Shown here: positions 21,242 through 31,855 of the stretch, piece after piece
Layout of the letters: each line of letters starts with the position of its first letter
Position numbering within the stretch: position 1 is the stretch's first letter
Source: an uncultured Pirellulaceae bacterium
GTDB taxonomy: Bacteria; Planctomycetota; Planctomycetia; Pirellulales; Pirellulaceae
DNA: 64,000 nucleotides
Reading direction: 5' to 3'
NCBI GenBank assembly: GCA_964448575.1
Contig: CAYUWY010000037.1
Span: 7,103 to 71,102, forward strand
Notes under the pieces: model-generated
Seen by the model: only the letters and a program-made list of their open reading frames with translations
Database searches by the model: none
Told to the model about the DNA's origin: nothing
Made by a program: the position numbers and the translations under genes

Positions 21242-22117
21242 ATGGGACTTAACAATAAACACAGTCGTCCCTTTAAAAAATCACGGGGCACTCGATCGGC
21301 TTTTACTTTAGTCGAACTGTTGGTTGTTGTTGCAATCATCGGAATCTTGATTGGCATGCTTATACCAGCTATTCAACAGGTTCGTGAAGCCGCCCGTAGG
21401 ACAGTTTGCATGAACAAGGCGTCTCAAGTCGCTTTGGCATGTCACAACTACGAATTTTCACACGAGCATTTTCCACCTGGCGTAACGGATAAAGCCGGTC
21501 CAATTCTTAATCAGGAAATCGGACTACACGTTGGCTTTCTCGTCGACCTATTGGTATACATCGAGCAGCGCGGTATCGCCAACAATTTCGACGTGACAAT
21601 TGGAACTTATGCACCTGCCAACATTCCGGCTAGAGAGCAGGAAATTGAGCTGTATATGTGCCCTTCGTTTACGACGAGTTTTGGAGCCACCACAGCAGGA
21701 ACTTCAAATTACGCAGGATGTCACAATGATGTTGAAACCCCGATCGATGTTGATAACAACGGGATACTTTTTCTGAACAGCAGGATCGGCTTTGAAGATA
21801 TTTATGACGGCAGCAGTAACACGATTCTTATTGGTGAAATTGCACCACTGGATTCAGATCTTGGTTGGGCTTCCGGCACTCGAGCGACATTGCGAAATGC
21901 GAGCGAAATGATAGATGAACAGATATGGAAAACTCGCAATTTAGCAGGCGCAAATGCAAACGACTTTGTGGGTGGCTTTGGCAGCCATCACAATTGGGGG
22001 GCGACTTTTGCAATGGCTGATGGGAGCGTCCAGTTTAAGAGTAAAAACATTCACCAGCAACACTTCGAAGACCTTGCCAATCGAGAAGACGGTGCCATGA
22101 TGGGTTCCCACGACTAA
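21242..22117 (+). CDS. DUF1559 prepilin-type protein (planctomycete family)
   Basis: AFTLVELLVVVAIIGILIGMLIPAIQQVREAARR, DGSSNT..GE and H-X9-DG (HNWGATFAMADG). Confidence 0.9.
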   Translation: MGLNNKHSRPFKKSRGTRSAFTLVELLVVVAIIGILIGMLIPAIQQVREAARRTVCMNKASQVALACHNYEFSHEHFPPGVTDKAGPILNQEIGLHVGFLVDLLVYIEQRGIANNFDVTIGTYAPANIPAREQEIELYMCPSFTTSFGATTAGTSNYAGCHNDVETPIDVDNNGILFLNSRIGFEDIYDGSSNTILIGEIAPLDSDLGWASGTRATLRNASEMIDEQIWKTRNLAGANANDFVGGFGSHHNWGATFAMADGSVQFKSKNIHQQHFEDLANREDGAMMGSHD

Positions 22118-22137
22118 TAACATGGCATTTTCCTAAC

Positions 22138-23412
22138 ATGGCAGTTCCCAACGAGCACGCCCGAATTATTCTGCAAAGAATTCTCGGCGATCAAGCGATT
22201 GATGAAACAAAAAAGCGGTTGTCACCGCGCAGCCATAAAACCGATCCGCTTCCGCCGCGATTGACGGGCACAAACAATCACTCTGCCGCAGCGATTAAAT
22301 CTCGTCGCGATCTTTTACGCTCTCAAGGCATCGATACGACCCAGTTGGCAGGCGAAGGCCACCAAGCCGCCCCGGAATCGCTGGCCGCTAATATCGAAAA
22401 CCAAATCGGCATGGCGCAAATCCCGGTCGGTGTCATGGGACCACTTCGAATTAATGGCACTGCGGCATACGGCGATTTCTACGTTCCCATGGCAACCACC
22501 GAAGGGGCTTTGGTCGCGTCTTATCACCGAGGCGCGTTGATTGCGAGTATGGCCGGCGGAGTAACGGCGGCTTGCTTGACCGAATCGGTTGTCCGCGCCC
22601 CGTGTTTCGTTTTCCAATCGCTGGTAGAAGTCGGAAGTTTTCTCGCGTGGCTGCTTCCAAAATTTGATCAGCTGCAAACCGTTGTTGAAACGAAAACGAA
22701 CCATGGCCGACTCATTGACTTGAAGACATCTATCGTCGGCAAAGAAGTCTACTTGCAATTCGAATTCACAACGGGTGACGCGGGCGGCCAAAACATGGTC
22801 ACCATTGCCACGCAAGCCATTTGTAAGTGGATTGAAGCCAACTCTCCTGTCAAAACGGTGGCTTGGTACATCGACGGCAATATGTCGGGCGACAAAAAAG
22901 CCACTGCCCAGGCGTTCAGCACCGCGCGAGGAAAAAAGTTAATCGCGGAAGCAACGATTCCCGCGCGTTTGATCCGTCGGTTTTTACATTCGACCGTCGA
23001 AAAAATGTTTAGCTACTGGCAAGTCTCCGCTTTGGGGGGAATTCAAAGCGGAAGTATCGGCATCCAAGGTCACTATGCCAACGGGCTTGCGGCGATATTC
23101 ATTGCATGCGGTCAGGATGCGGCATGCGTCAGCGAAGCCGCGGTCGGGATCACTCGGTTGGACATCACCGAAACGGGCGAGCTCTATATATCTGTTTCGC
23201 TACCCAATTTGATTTGCGGAACCGTGGGTGGCGGCACGCATTTACCGACTGCCAGTGAATGTCTGGAAATGATCGGCTGTAAAGGGAGCGGGAAGGCGAG
23301 AAAGTTCTCCGAGATTTGTGCGGCGTCTATTTTGTGTGGTGAGCTTTCCATTATCGGCGCAATGTCGGCTGGTGATTTCGCCGCGGCACACGAAAGTTAT
23401 GGGCGAAGTTGA
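22138..23412 (+). CDS. Class I-type HMG-CoA reductase family protein
   Basis: ENQIG, PMATTEGALVAS, TGDAGGQNM, GNMSGDKK, ACGQD, GTVGGG and C-terminal catalytic His (AHESYGR). Confidence 0.85.
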   Translation: MAVPNEHARIILQRILGDQAIDETKKRLSPRSHKTDPLPPRLTGTNNHSAAAIKSRRDLLRSQGIDTTQLAGEGHQAAPESLAANIENQIGMAQIPVGVMGPLRINGTAAYGDFYVPMATTEGALVASYHRGALIASMAGGVTAACLTESVVRAPCFVFQSLVEVGSFLAWLLPKFDQLQTVVETKTNHGRLIDLKTSIVGKEVYLQFEFTTGDAGGQNMVTIATQAICKWIEANSPVKTVAWYIDGNMSGDKKATAQAFSTARGKKLIAEATIPARLIRRFLHSTVEKMFSYWQVSALGGIQSGSIGIQGHYANGLAAIFIACGQDAACVSEAAVGITRLDITETGELYISVSLPNLICGTVGGGTHLPTASECLEMIGCKGSGKARKFSEICAASILCGELSIIGAMSAGDFAAAHESYGRS

Positions 23413-23525
23413 TGGTCGTCACGCGATTTTTTAACGATAGAAAACGGATTCCACCACTTTCCTAAAAAACGGTGGTAATTAATGCTGTACAAAAAGTGGC
23501 ACAATAAAAGTTAGCCTGATCAAAT

Positions 23526-24626
23526 ATGGCAAATCATATCAAGGAACGAGCAGACTTCGAAAAAATTCGTTATGCGAATTGCTGGGAAGACGCGTCGATC
23601 CTCTGTACCGCACTCCAGCCTGCACCGGGGAAAAGGTTTCTTTCAATCGCTTCGGCAGGCGATAACTCGTTCTCGTTACTGGCGGCTGGCGCAGAAGTCG
23701 TTGCTGCAGATCTCAGCCCGGCTCAGTTAGCGTGCGTCGAACTGCGCCGCGAATCGTTCCGCCAACTTTCCCATAGTGAGATTCTCGCTTTTTTTGGCGT
23801 TACAGAATCGGCCGATCGAATTCAGGTTTACCAGGAAATCAAATCGGGATTGTCGGAGAACGCAGCGAACTTCTGGGACAATCATTCAGCTGCAATCGAA
23901 AGCGGATTCATCCACGCCGGGAAGTTCGAGAACTACTTCAAAACGTTTCGAACTCGTATCGTGCCTCTGGTTCATTCCAAGCAAAAAATCGCCCAACTGC
24001 TGGCCGATAAAACAGGTGACCAGCAATCCGAATTTTATCGCAAGAAATGGAACACTTTTCGTTGGCGAATGCTGTTCCGTTTTTTCTTCAGCCGTTTTGT
24101 AATGGCCAGGCTGGGCCGAGATCCAGAATTCTTTCGCTACGTCGAAGGCTCAGTGTCAGAAAAGATTCTCGCAAGAACAAAACATGCATTGACGAAGGTT
24201 TCGACAAACTCGAATCCTTACCTGCGTTACATTTTGACCGGAAATTACTCCGTCACCGAAGCGTTGCCACATTACTTGCGTGAAGAAAATTTCGAATCGA
24301 TTCGAGCCGGACTGGATCGTCTGACTTTGTTTCACGGATCCATTCAGGACGCTGCAATCGCACATCAGCAAACCGGTTTTGATGGCTACAATTTGTCTGA
24401 TATTTTTGAGTATCTCGATGAAGCATTGTGTGAAAAAAATTATGGTCAGTTGATCGAGTCGGCTCGGCCAGGGGCACGATGGGCGTATTGGAATATGCTT
24501 GTTCCTCGCGAGCGTCCGGAGGCTTTTGCGAATCAAATTCGACAACACACTACGCTGGGGGAAGAACTTTTAGACGCCGATATGGCTTGGTTTTATAGCG
24601 CGTTCAAAGTGGAGGAAAAAGCCTGA
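23526..24626 (+). CDS. DUF3419 (BtaA-like SAM-dependent) protein
   Basis: IRYANCWED, LSIASAGDN, GKFENYF and LSDIFEY. Confidence 0.85.
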   Translation: MANHIKERADFEKIRYANCWEDASILCTALQPAPGKRFLSIASAGDNSFSLLAAGAEVVAADLSPAQLACVELRRESFRQLSHSEILAFFGVTESADRIQVYQEIKSGLSENAANFWDNHSAAIESGFIHAGKFENYFKTFRTRIVPLVHSKQKIAQLLADKTGDQQSEFYRKKWNTFRWRMLFRFFFSRFVMARLGRDPEFFRYVEGSVSEKILARTKHALTKVSTNSNPYLRYILTGNYSVTEALPHYLREENFESIRAGLDRLTLFHGSIQDAAIAHQQTGFDGYNLSDIFEYLDEALCEKNYGQLIESARPGARWAYWNMLVPRERPEAFANQIRQHTTLGEELLDADMAWFYSAFKVEEKA

Positions 24627-24709
24627 ACCAACTGACACCCAAATTTGCGTTCGCTCTTCCGTTTGCTCAAGTCGAAACCTTTTTCGCCGCGCCACAGTCT
24701 TCCGATTGG

Positions 24710-26074
24710 ATGTTTGCGGGTTTAATTGCCGCTTGTTTTGCAGTGCTGATCGCGTCCGCGGAAATTTGGCATCGAACGAAAAAGCCACCGGTCGAATGGA
24801 CTCGCAAGCTGCTTCACTTTAGTGGCGGAATCGTCAGTTTGAGCTTGCCGATGCTGATTCACTCGCATTGGGTCGTGCTGTGCCTTGCAATGAGCATGGG
24901 GGCGATTTTTGTCGTCAGCAAAAAGAAACGTTGGCTTCAAGGCATCCACGGAATCGACCGGGTGAGCTCAGGATCCGAGTTCTACCCGGTCGTCATCTAT
25001 ATTTGCTTCGTTTTGTGCAACGGCGTGGTTTGGAAATTCGTCATCTGTATCTTAATCCTGGCGATCTCCGATTCCGCGGCCGCGTTGATTGGAAAAAAGT
25101 TCGGTCAACTAGTATTCCGCGTTGAAGAAGAACACAAAAGTGTCGCCGGTTGCCTCGCATTCTTCATCGTCACATTTGTGTCGGCGCTGATGCCGTTACT
25201 GATCTGGGATCCGCTTGCCGGCAGCGGTCATCTACCAAACGTTTGGCATTACGTTTTGACTGCTTCGCTGATCGGTTTGTTGGTGATGTGTATTGAGTTG
25301 ATTTCGCTCAGGGGGACGGACAATCTTTGGATTCCGCTGGGCACTTTGTTGGTGCTTACAAAAACAATGCAAACTGACGTTTACGATTTGGCGATCCAAA
25401 ACTTTAGCTTTGCAACGTTGCTGGCGTTAGTGATTGTTGTGGCGCATATTTCAAAGGCGTTCAACGCGGGTGGCTCGATCGTGTTTTGCCTCAGCAGTTA
25501 CGGATGCTGGGCGATGGGCTCGTTCGATTGGGCGCTTCCGATTTTTATTGGCTATGCGATTTACCTGACGATGTCCTATGTCGCCGAAGCACCATGGCAA
25601 CTGCGAGTTCGCTCGGTTCTTTATAACGTGCTTGCGCCATTTCTATTTATGGCGTCTGCGAATTTGTTTTTGAACATCGAGCGATTCGATTTGTACCAGT
25701 TTCTGTTCGTGCCTTTTCTGTCGGCCGTCTGTGTATCGCTAACCCAGGCCTGTTCAAACATCGTCGGTTGGAAATTTCGAAGCAATTTGTGGAAACGTGT
25801 TATTCTGACCGCGGGACTTGCTCCGATAATTGCGTTGGCGATTCATTTGCCTGCCGTCTATCGCAACGAATTAATGATTTGGTCGAGCATGATATGGGTG
25901 CTCGTGGTCACGGTGGGTTTCTCGATTATTAGTTGCTTGATCGTCAGGCCGCTGCCACCGGGAGACGCGCCGCCAAGCTGGCTATATCTTCGAAGCGGTT
26001 TGGCGCTGCTGGCCGGGCTGACGATGATCTTGATCCAATTCCTGAAACTCGTGGACGTTGCCAATGTGCTTTAA
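24710..26074 (+). CDS. CTP-dependent polyprenol/phytol/DAG kinase-like membrane protein
   Basis: EWTRKLLH, SDSAAALIG, KSVAG and GTDNLWIP, with many TM helices. Confidence 0.75.
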   Translation: MFAGLIAACFAVLIASAEIWHRTKKPPVEWTRKLLHFSGGIVSLSLPMLIHSHWVVLCLAMSMGAIFVVSKKKRWLQGIHGIDRVSSGSEFYPVVIYICFVLCNGVVWKFVICILILAISDSAAALIGKKFGQLVFRVEEEHKSVAGCLAFFIVTFVSALMPLLIWDPLAGSGHLPNVWHYVLTASLIGLLVMCIELISLRGTDNLWIPLGTLLVLTKTMQTDVYDLAIQNFSFATLLALVIVVAHISKAFNAGGSIVFCLSSYGCWAMGSFDWALPIFIGYAIYLTMSYVAEAPWQLRVRSVLYNVLAPFLFMASANLFLNIERFDLYQFLFVPFLSAVCVSLTQACSNIVGWKFRSNLWKRVILTAGLAPIIALAIHLPAVYRNELMIWSSMIWVLVVTVGFSIISCLIVRPLPPGDAPPSWLYLRSGLALLAGLTMILIQFLKLVDVANVL

Positions 26075-26116
26075 GTGGTTAGGCAACGCGTTAAAAATTG
26101 CTAAACCGATAACCGA

Positions 26117-27340
26117 TCAAGACAGTATCGATTCGATTAGATCATCGAACCAGACGATCTCTTTTGAAATTCCGTCAGCCAACGGTTGCTGTTGCAAAGG
26201 TTTGGGCAACACGTTCCAGGCATACGTCTCAACCTCGAAATGAGGAAGCGGTTTTCCTGAATCGATTATCGCTTTGACGCACGACTCAATGTCAGTTTGA
26301 GTTGTGCCGATCTGGGCGAGCGCCTGCGAGAAAATGGGAACGTGGAAATGCACACGCCACTGGCCTTGCGGATCATCGCCGGCTTTAGCTAACGCCAAAT
26401 TTAGGTCTTCGTAGAATGCGACGTCTTCACCGATTCGCACCGAAGTCTGGTGAAGGTATTTTGGCTCGGCAAAACTTGCGAGTTGGTTGATCTTCGCCGC
26501 TTTTGCATCCTCCGAATCACCCTCGAAATTTACGTCGATCGCCGAAGAGACTTGGACTTTGCCGATTTTGATTCCGGCGCTGGCGTATTCGTTGATGGCT
26601 TTTGATTGCTCTTCAAACATGACCGCCGAATGGCAAACGTCGTGGCAAACTCCGATGTGATTGCGAACCATTTCGGTTGTTTCCGCATCGCCGTTAAACA
26701 AATGCTGATCGAAGAACCCAACGATATCGTCCCAGGTATCGAGAATGCATCCTGGCTCCGGCTCGATACACACCATGATGTTACGGCCAGTTGTTTGATA
26801 AATGTTTTGCAGTCGCTGAGCACAGGAAATCAGATTCCGTGAACAGGATTTCCAAAACAATTCGTTTTCCACATTTGAGATGCCAGTTGTGACTTCGACG
26901 GGCCAGCCAAGCGGTAATGTCGAAATGGTTCCGTCGATTCCCTCGGGGAGCAGCATGTTAAGAATCTCGGCCAGTCGCACCGTGTAATCCAAACGTTCGA
27001 CTTCTGCCCAAGTCGGCCGGTACACGTCATGCTTGACGATTTCTTGGTGGAAGTCACCGTAAGGAAATCCGTTGAGCGTAAACGGAATCAATCCATTTTC
27101 GGCCAGCCAATCGCGAAAACTTAGCAGTTTGTTTTGATCGTCCAATTCACCAGCGGCGGTCGCACTTAACCAAAGCCCGATTCCCATTTCTCGATCGGGA
27201 CGAACATGCCGTTTGACCGCAAGCGAATACTCGGCGAGATTTTTTTTGACTTCTTCGATTGTTCGGCCGGGGTGGACGTTCCCGCAGTATCCAATTTGCA
27301 TCCTGGTTTCCTCGTTAACACGGCTTGGCGTAGTCGACAT
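26117..27340 (-). CDS. eboE: EboE-family xylose-isomerase-like TIM-barrel protein
   Basis: YCGNVHPG, TLNGFPYGDFH, EPEPGC, YLHQ, WRVHFHVP and EVETYAW. Confidence 0.85.
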   Translation of the reverse strand: MSTTPSRVNEETRMQIGYCGNVHPGRTIEEVKKNLAEYSLAVKRHVRPDREMGIGLWLSATAAGELDDQNKLLSFRDWLAENGLIPFTLNGFPYGDFHQEIVKHDVYRPTWAEVERLDYTVRLAEILNMLLPEGIDGTISTLPLGWPVEVTTGISNVENELFWKSCSRNLISCAQRLQNIYQTTGRNIMVCIEPEPGCILDTWDDIVGFFDQHLFNGDAETTEMVRNHIGVCHDVCHSAVMFEEQSKAINEYASAGIKIGKVQVSSAIDVNFEGDSEDAKAAKINQLASFAEPKYLHQTSVRIGEDVAFYEDLNLALAKAGDDPQGQWRVHFHVPIFSQALAQIGTTQTDIESCVKAIIDSGKPLPHFEVETYAWNVLPKPLQQQPLADGISKEIVWFDDLIESILS

Positions 27341-27397
27341 TGCTTAACATCGCTCACCATCGTTTTGAATCGCTCAATTATTGGTTTCTCGCCGCAA

Positions 27398-27847
27398 TCA
27401 TTCCTTCGTCGAAGTCAAAGTCACAAGACTCTCGCCAGCGGTATCTCGTGACAAACAGCAACTCCCGATCGCAAAACAAACCCAGCCAGCGATAAAGCTT
27501 AATCCCCCCAACGGCACGATCGCACCGAGGATTCGGATTTCTGTTAAGACCAAAATGTAAAGCAATCCAGAAAACAAAGTGATGCCGAACCAAAAACACC
27601 ATCCGGCTATGTTGAGCGATTTGCTACTGCGGAACAGGCTAACGATCCCGACCAGGATCATGCCGATCGCGTGATACATCTGGTATTGTGCGGCGGTTTT
27701 CCAGTCGCCCAGTCGTTTGGTCGCCAATTCCTGATCTTCCAGATGCAGTTCTGCGAGAAAGTCCACCAAACCGTGGGCTCCAAACGCACCGAGTGCGACG
27801 GCGATGGCGGCGTGAATGGCCCCGATGAATATCCAGTGCTTCTGCAT
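27398..27847 (-). CDS. DUF423 (YgdD/TMEM256) membrane protein
   Basis: ALGAFGAHGL, TAAQYQMYH, LFSGLLY and GAIVPLGG. Confidence 0.9.
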   Translation of the reverse strand: MQKHWIFIGAIHAAIAVALGAFGAHGLVDFLAELHLEDQELATKRLGDWKTAAQYQMYHAIGMILVGIVSLFRSSKSLNIAGWCFWFGITLFSGLLYILVLTEIRILGAIVPLGGLSFIAGWVCFAIGSCCLSRDTAGESLVTLTSTKE

Positions 27848-28066
27848 CTTTTGATTCCGTATTTCTGCTGCAATGATTGTTAATGGCGATCAAGAGCGTT
27901 AACCCATTTCATCGTGTCCGAATTCACGGCAGTCGTTAGGATTTCGCTCGCTCATGGTTGCCATTTCGACTACCTTGTTTTCCAATAGGCCGTTCAAATT
28001 AATGCGAAACATCAACACGAATTGCCACGCACAAAAATCGCTTGGTCCAAACCGTTTGAGTCGAAA

Positions 28067-31000
28067 ATGAAAAAACTTGCTCTACTTACTTGCGTTCTAA
28101 CACTTATGAATTTCTCTGCAACCGCGGCCATGGGACAGGATGGAAACGAAAGCGAAAATCCAAGCCCTCTAACAGTGGCCGAGAAAAGTGACTTCAAATC
28201 TACCAGCCTTTCCGCCGAAGTGGTTGAGTTTGTGGACGCCTGCGACAAAAAAGCAGATCACGTCTCAAAATTCGTCTGGGGCGAGACGGTCGAAGGCCGC
28301 GAAATGGTCGGGGCAATCGTCTCAAAAAAGCCATACGCACTTGGCGATCAAGACGAACGAAATGTTGTATTGTTGCTGGGCAATATTCATAGCGGCGAAT
28401 GTGCAGGAAAAGAAGCCTTGCTCATGATGTTGCGTGAACTCGCTGGTAACGTCGATCATCCATGGCTTGAAAAAAATGTCATTCTTTTCGCACCCAACTA
28501 CAACGCTGACGGAAACGATCGAGTTGGTCTCAATAACCGCCCCGGACAAGTCGGCCCGGTAAACGGAATGGGACGTCGTGAAAATGCTCAGCAATTGGAT
28601 TTGAATCGCGATTTTTGCAAAATTGAATCTCCCGAAGCCCGCGCCCTCGTCGCCTTGATCAACAAAACCAACCCGCATCTCTTCGTTGATTGCCACACGA
28701 CCAACGGCTCCAAACACCAATACGGTTTGACTTATGATATTCCCCACAACCCGGCAACGGCGGAGCCAATCCGAAACTACTTGCGGCAAAAAATGATGCC
28801 GACTGTTACGGAGCGATTGGAAAAGAAAGGCCAGTTGACTTTCTATTACGGAAACTTCAACCGGCAAAATACCAGATGGACCACTTATGGACACGAGCCG
28901 CGCTACAGCACAGAGTACGTCGGGTTGCGTGGACGATTGGCGATCCTTTCAGAGGCTTACAGCTATCTCGATTACAAAGGCCGCATCATCGCGACCAAAG
29001 ATTTCGTTTCGGCGTTGCTCGATTTTTCAACCGAGAATCATGAAGCCATTCATCAGCTGCTTGCGACGGTCGACAAGGACTTGATCCAGACCGGGAAAAC
29101 GCAACCGGCGCGAACGACCATTTCGCTTAACGCCAAAGTAGTCGCGTTTGACAAGAAAGTTCCGATCAAAGGATTCAAAGACGATAAACCGCACGACTAC
29201 GAGTGTGAGTTTGTTGGAAAGTATGAGTCAACCAAATCTACCCCGATGCCATTTGCATACTTGATCCCGGCCAGCCAAGCCCGGATCGCGGATCGTTTAT
29301 TGATGCACGGCGTCACGGTGGAAACTTTAGACGCTAATACGAAACTAGATATTCAATTCGACACGATCAAGAAACTGAATCGCAACGAGCGAGCGTTTCA
29401 ACGTCATAAAATGGTTCGAATTGAAAGCGAACGGGCAAGTGAGGCTCGTGAGATTTCGGCCAGCACGTACGTTGTTCGCACAGGACAGCCGCTTGGTCGA
29501 TTGGTCAGTTACATGCTTGAATCGGAATCCGACGACGGTTTCGCGTTTTGGAATTTCATGGACGCATCACTGGCTGTGGACAAAGAGTTTCCAATTTTGC
29601 GAATTGCCGAGCCAACTGAATTGAAAACGTCGGCAGTTACTGAAATCAAAAAGTCAGGCAAACTTTCGCTTGATCTGATTGACGGCCCTAACCGATTGCT
29701 GGGCAACGAGCCTTCTTCGCCGCGTTGGTTTGGCAAAACCAATTGGGTCAAAACCAAAGTTAACGGTCGCGATTATTTGCTTGACGCAGAAACGGCTTCC
29801 TTTGTCGATCAGCCGGCTCAGCCATTCAGTGTTTCAAACGTAAAATCGGCTTTACTCGACGCAGGGCTGGAAGAGGAAATTGCAGACGCGCTTTCCAAAG
29901 CAACTCCCAAGGTCGCTACGACTAACGAAGTTGTGATCTTTTCCGCCAAAGACCATGCTGCGGTCTACTACACCGAGGGTGGCAAGAAAACGAAAGAGGC
30001 AGTAAAGGTTTTGGGCGAACCAGATGTAACAGCGAGCCTGTTCAACTTTAACGATGATGAATCTCTAATCGCGTTTTGCAACAAAAAGGGTCTGCATTTC
30101 TACGATATCAAAACTCGCGAAACGAAATCGGTTGCTGCCGCGGATGAAAAACACTTGGTCGGTAAACTTGACTGGGTCTACCAGGAAGAGCTTTACGGCC
30201 GCGGAAATTTCAAAGGCTATTGGTGGCAAGACGCTGGTGAAGACAAAGCTGGAACCATGGTCGCGTTTTTGGAGCTTGATGAAACGCCGTTGTTGCCGTT
30301 TACCGTGATGGACCATATGCCGATTCGCGGAAAATCGGAATTCACTAACTATCCCAAAGCCGGTGACCCGATTCCAACGGTCAAAGTCGGCGTTGTTGAT
30401 GCAAAGAATCCGGCCAACGTGACTTGGGTTGATTTGAGTTCGTATGGCGAAGAAGAAATTTTGATCACCGGTGTGACTTGGTCGAGCGACGGATCGCAAT
30501 TGCTGCTTCAAGTCCAGAACCGTGTTCAGACTTGGCTTGATCTTGTCAGTACCGATCCCCAAGGTAACAACCCGCGGGTTCTGTTTCGTGACAAAACTCC
30601 AGCTTGGATTGATTCGCCGGGTGATCCGGTTTTCCTCAACGATGGTGAGTTTCTATGGCGAAGTCCGCGAACTGGATACAGCCACATTTATCGTTACGAC
30701 AAAAATGGCAAATTGATTGGCGCGGTTACTGAGGGTGAATGGGAAGTCCGTAGTTTGAAGGGCGTTGATCCAGAGAAAAAGCATTGTTACTTTACCGCGA
30801 CGCGCGACAATGCGATTGATATGCATGCGTACCGAGCCGATCTTGCGTCTGGCGAAATCACGGCGATCACAAAAGGGCAGGGGAGTCACGCGGTTGATTT
30901 CAGCGACGACTATTCGTACTTCATCAATTCGTTCAGCGATGTGAACCAGCCATCGACCTATACGCTTCGTAAAAACGATGGCGAGTTTGTCAGGCGATTT

Positions 31001-31804
31001 AGTGCGTCGTCGGATGACCGGCTGAATTACATTGACATCATTGATCCCGAATTCCTGGAGGTCCCATCAGGTAACGAGCAGCCGATGGATGCGATGTTGA
31101 TCAAACCCGCCAATTTTGATCCAGCGAAAAAATACCCGGTCCTTGTGTTCATCTATGGCGGTCCACAAGCACCGCGGGTTAAGAACAGTTTCGGTGGCCA
31201 ATGGTATTTGTGGCACCAGATGTTGGCTCAACAGGGCTACGTGATTTGGATGTGCGACAATCAATCGGCAAGCTACCGGAGTGCGAAACACGTTTGGCCA
31301 GTGCATCGAAATTTTGCACGGGCTGAACTGGCCGACATTGAAAAAGGACTCGAACACTTGAAGAAAAACGAGTGGGTGGATGCCGATCGAATTGGAGTTT
31401 GGGGCTGGAGCTACGGCGGCTATATGACGGCTTATGCGTTGACTCATTCCAAGTCATTCAAGATGGGCATCTCGGGTGCTCCGGTTACCGACTGGAAAAA
31501 CTATGACGCGATTTACACCGAGCGTTACATGGGTATGCCGAAAGACAATCCCGAGGGCTACAAATCGACTTCTGTTTTGAACAACAAAGCCGAAGATTTG
31601 CACGGAAAACTTTTGTTGATTCACGGTACGGTCGACGACAATGTGCATTTGAACAACACCATCCAGTTTGTCAAAGAACTGCAGTACGCGGGCAAGCAAT
31701 TTGAGTTAATGCTTTATCCAAGCAATCGACATGCGGTTCGGGACAAGAAGCAAGCGGCTCACCTGCGAAGGTTGATGACTGATTTCGTATTGGAGAATCT
31801 GTAG
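28067..31804 (+). CDS. Secreted fusion: M14 zinc carboxypeptidase plus S9B dipeptidyl-peptidase IV
   Basis: Signal peptide. M14 motifs IHSGE, DLNRD and DCH. DPP-IV motifs DWVYQEE, YPKAG, GWSYGG, HGTVDDNVH and catalytic His. Confidence 0.85.
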   Translation: MKKLALLTCVLTLMNFSATAAMGQDGNESENPSPLTVAEKSDFKSTSLSAEVVEFVDACDKKADHVSKFVWGETVEGREMVGAIVSKKPYALGDQDERNVVLLLGNIHSGECAGKEALLMMLRELAGNVDHPWLEKNVILFAPNYNADGNDRVGLNNRPGQVGPVNGMGRRENAQQLDLNRDFCKIESPEARALVALINKTNPHLFVDCHTTNGSKHQYGLTYDIPHNPATAEPIRNYLRQKMMPTVTERLEKKGQLTFYYGNFNRQNTRWTTYGHEPRYSTEYVGLRGRLAILSEAYSYLDYKGRIIATKDFVSALLDFSTENHEAIHQLLATVDKDLIQTGKTQPARTTISLNAKVVAFDKKVPIKGFKDDKPHDYECEFVGKYESTKSTPMPFAYLIPASQARIADRLLMHGVTVETLDANTKLDIQFDTIKKLNRNERAFQRHKMVRIESERASEAREISASTYVVRTGQPLGRLVSYMLESESDDGFAFWNFMDASLAVDKEFPILRIAEPTELKTSAVTEIKKSGKLSLDLIDGPNRLLGNEPSSPRWFGKTNWVKTKVNGRDYLLDAETASFVDQPAQPFSVSNVKSALLDAGLEEEIADALSKATPKVATTNEVVIFSAKDHAAVYYTEGGKKTKEAVKVLGEPDVTASLFNFNDDESLIAFCNKKGLHFYDIKTRETKSVAAADEKHLVGKLDWVYQEELYGRGNFKGYWWQDAGEDKAGTMVAFLELDETPLLPFTVMDHMPIRGKSEFTNYPKAGDPIPTVKVGVVDAKNPANVTWVDLSSYGEEEILITGVTWSSDGSQLLLQVQNRVQTWLDLVSTDPQGNNPRVLFRDKTPAWIDSPGDPVFLNDGEFLWRSPRTGYSHIYRYDKNGKLIGAVTEGEWEVRSLKGVDPEKKHCYFTATRDNAIDMHAYRADLASGEITAITKGQGSHAVDFSDDYSYFINSFSDVNQPSTYTLRKNDGEFVRRFSASSDDRLNYIDIIDPEFLEVPSGNEQPMDAMLIKPANFDPAKKYPVLVFIYGGPQAPRVKNSFGGQWYLWHQMLAQQGYVIWMCDNQSASYRSAKHVWPVHRNFARAELADIEKGLEHLKKNEWVDADRIGVWGWSYGGYMTAYALTHSKSFKMGISGAPVTDWKNYDAIYTERYMGMPKDNPEGYKSTSVLNNKAEDLHGKLLLIHGTVDDNVHLNNTIQFVKELQYAGKQFELMLYPSNRHAVRDKKQAAHLRRLMTDFVLENL

Positions 31805-31855
31805 GCGATCGTTTCGGTGTTTCTGACTCCACCGTCTCACGGGTGAAACAACTCA

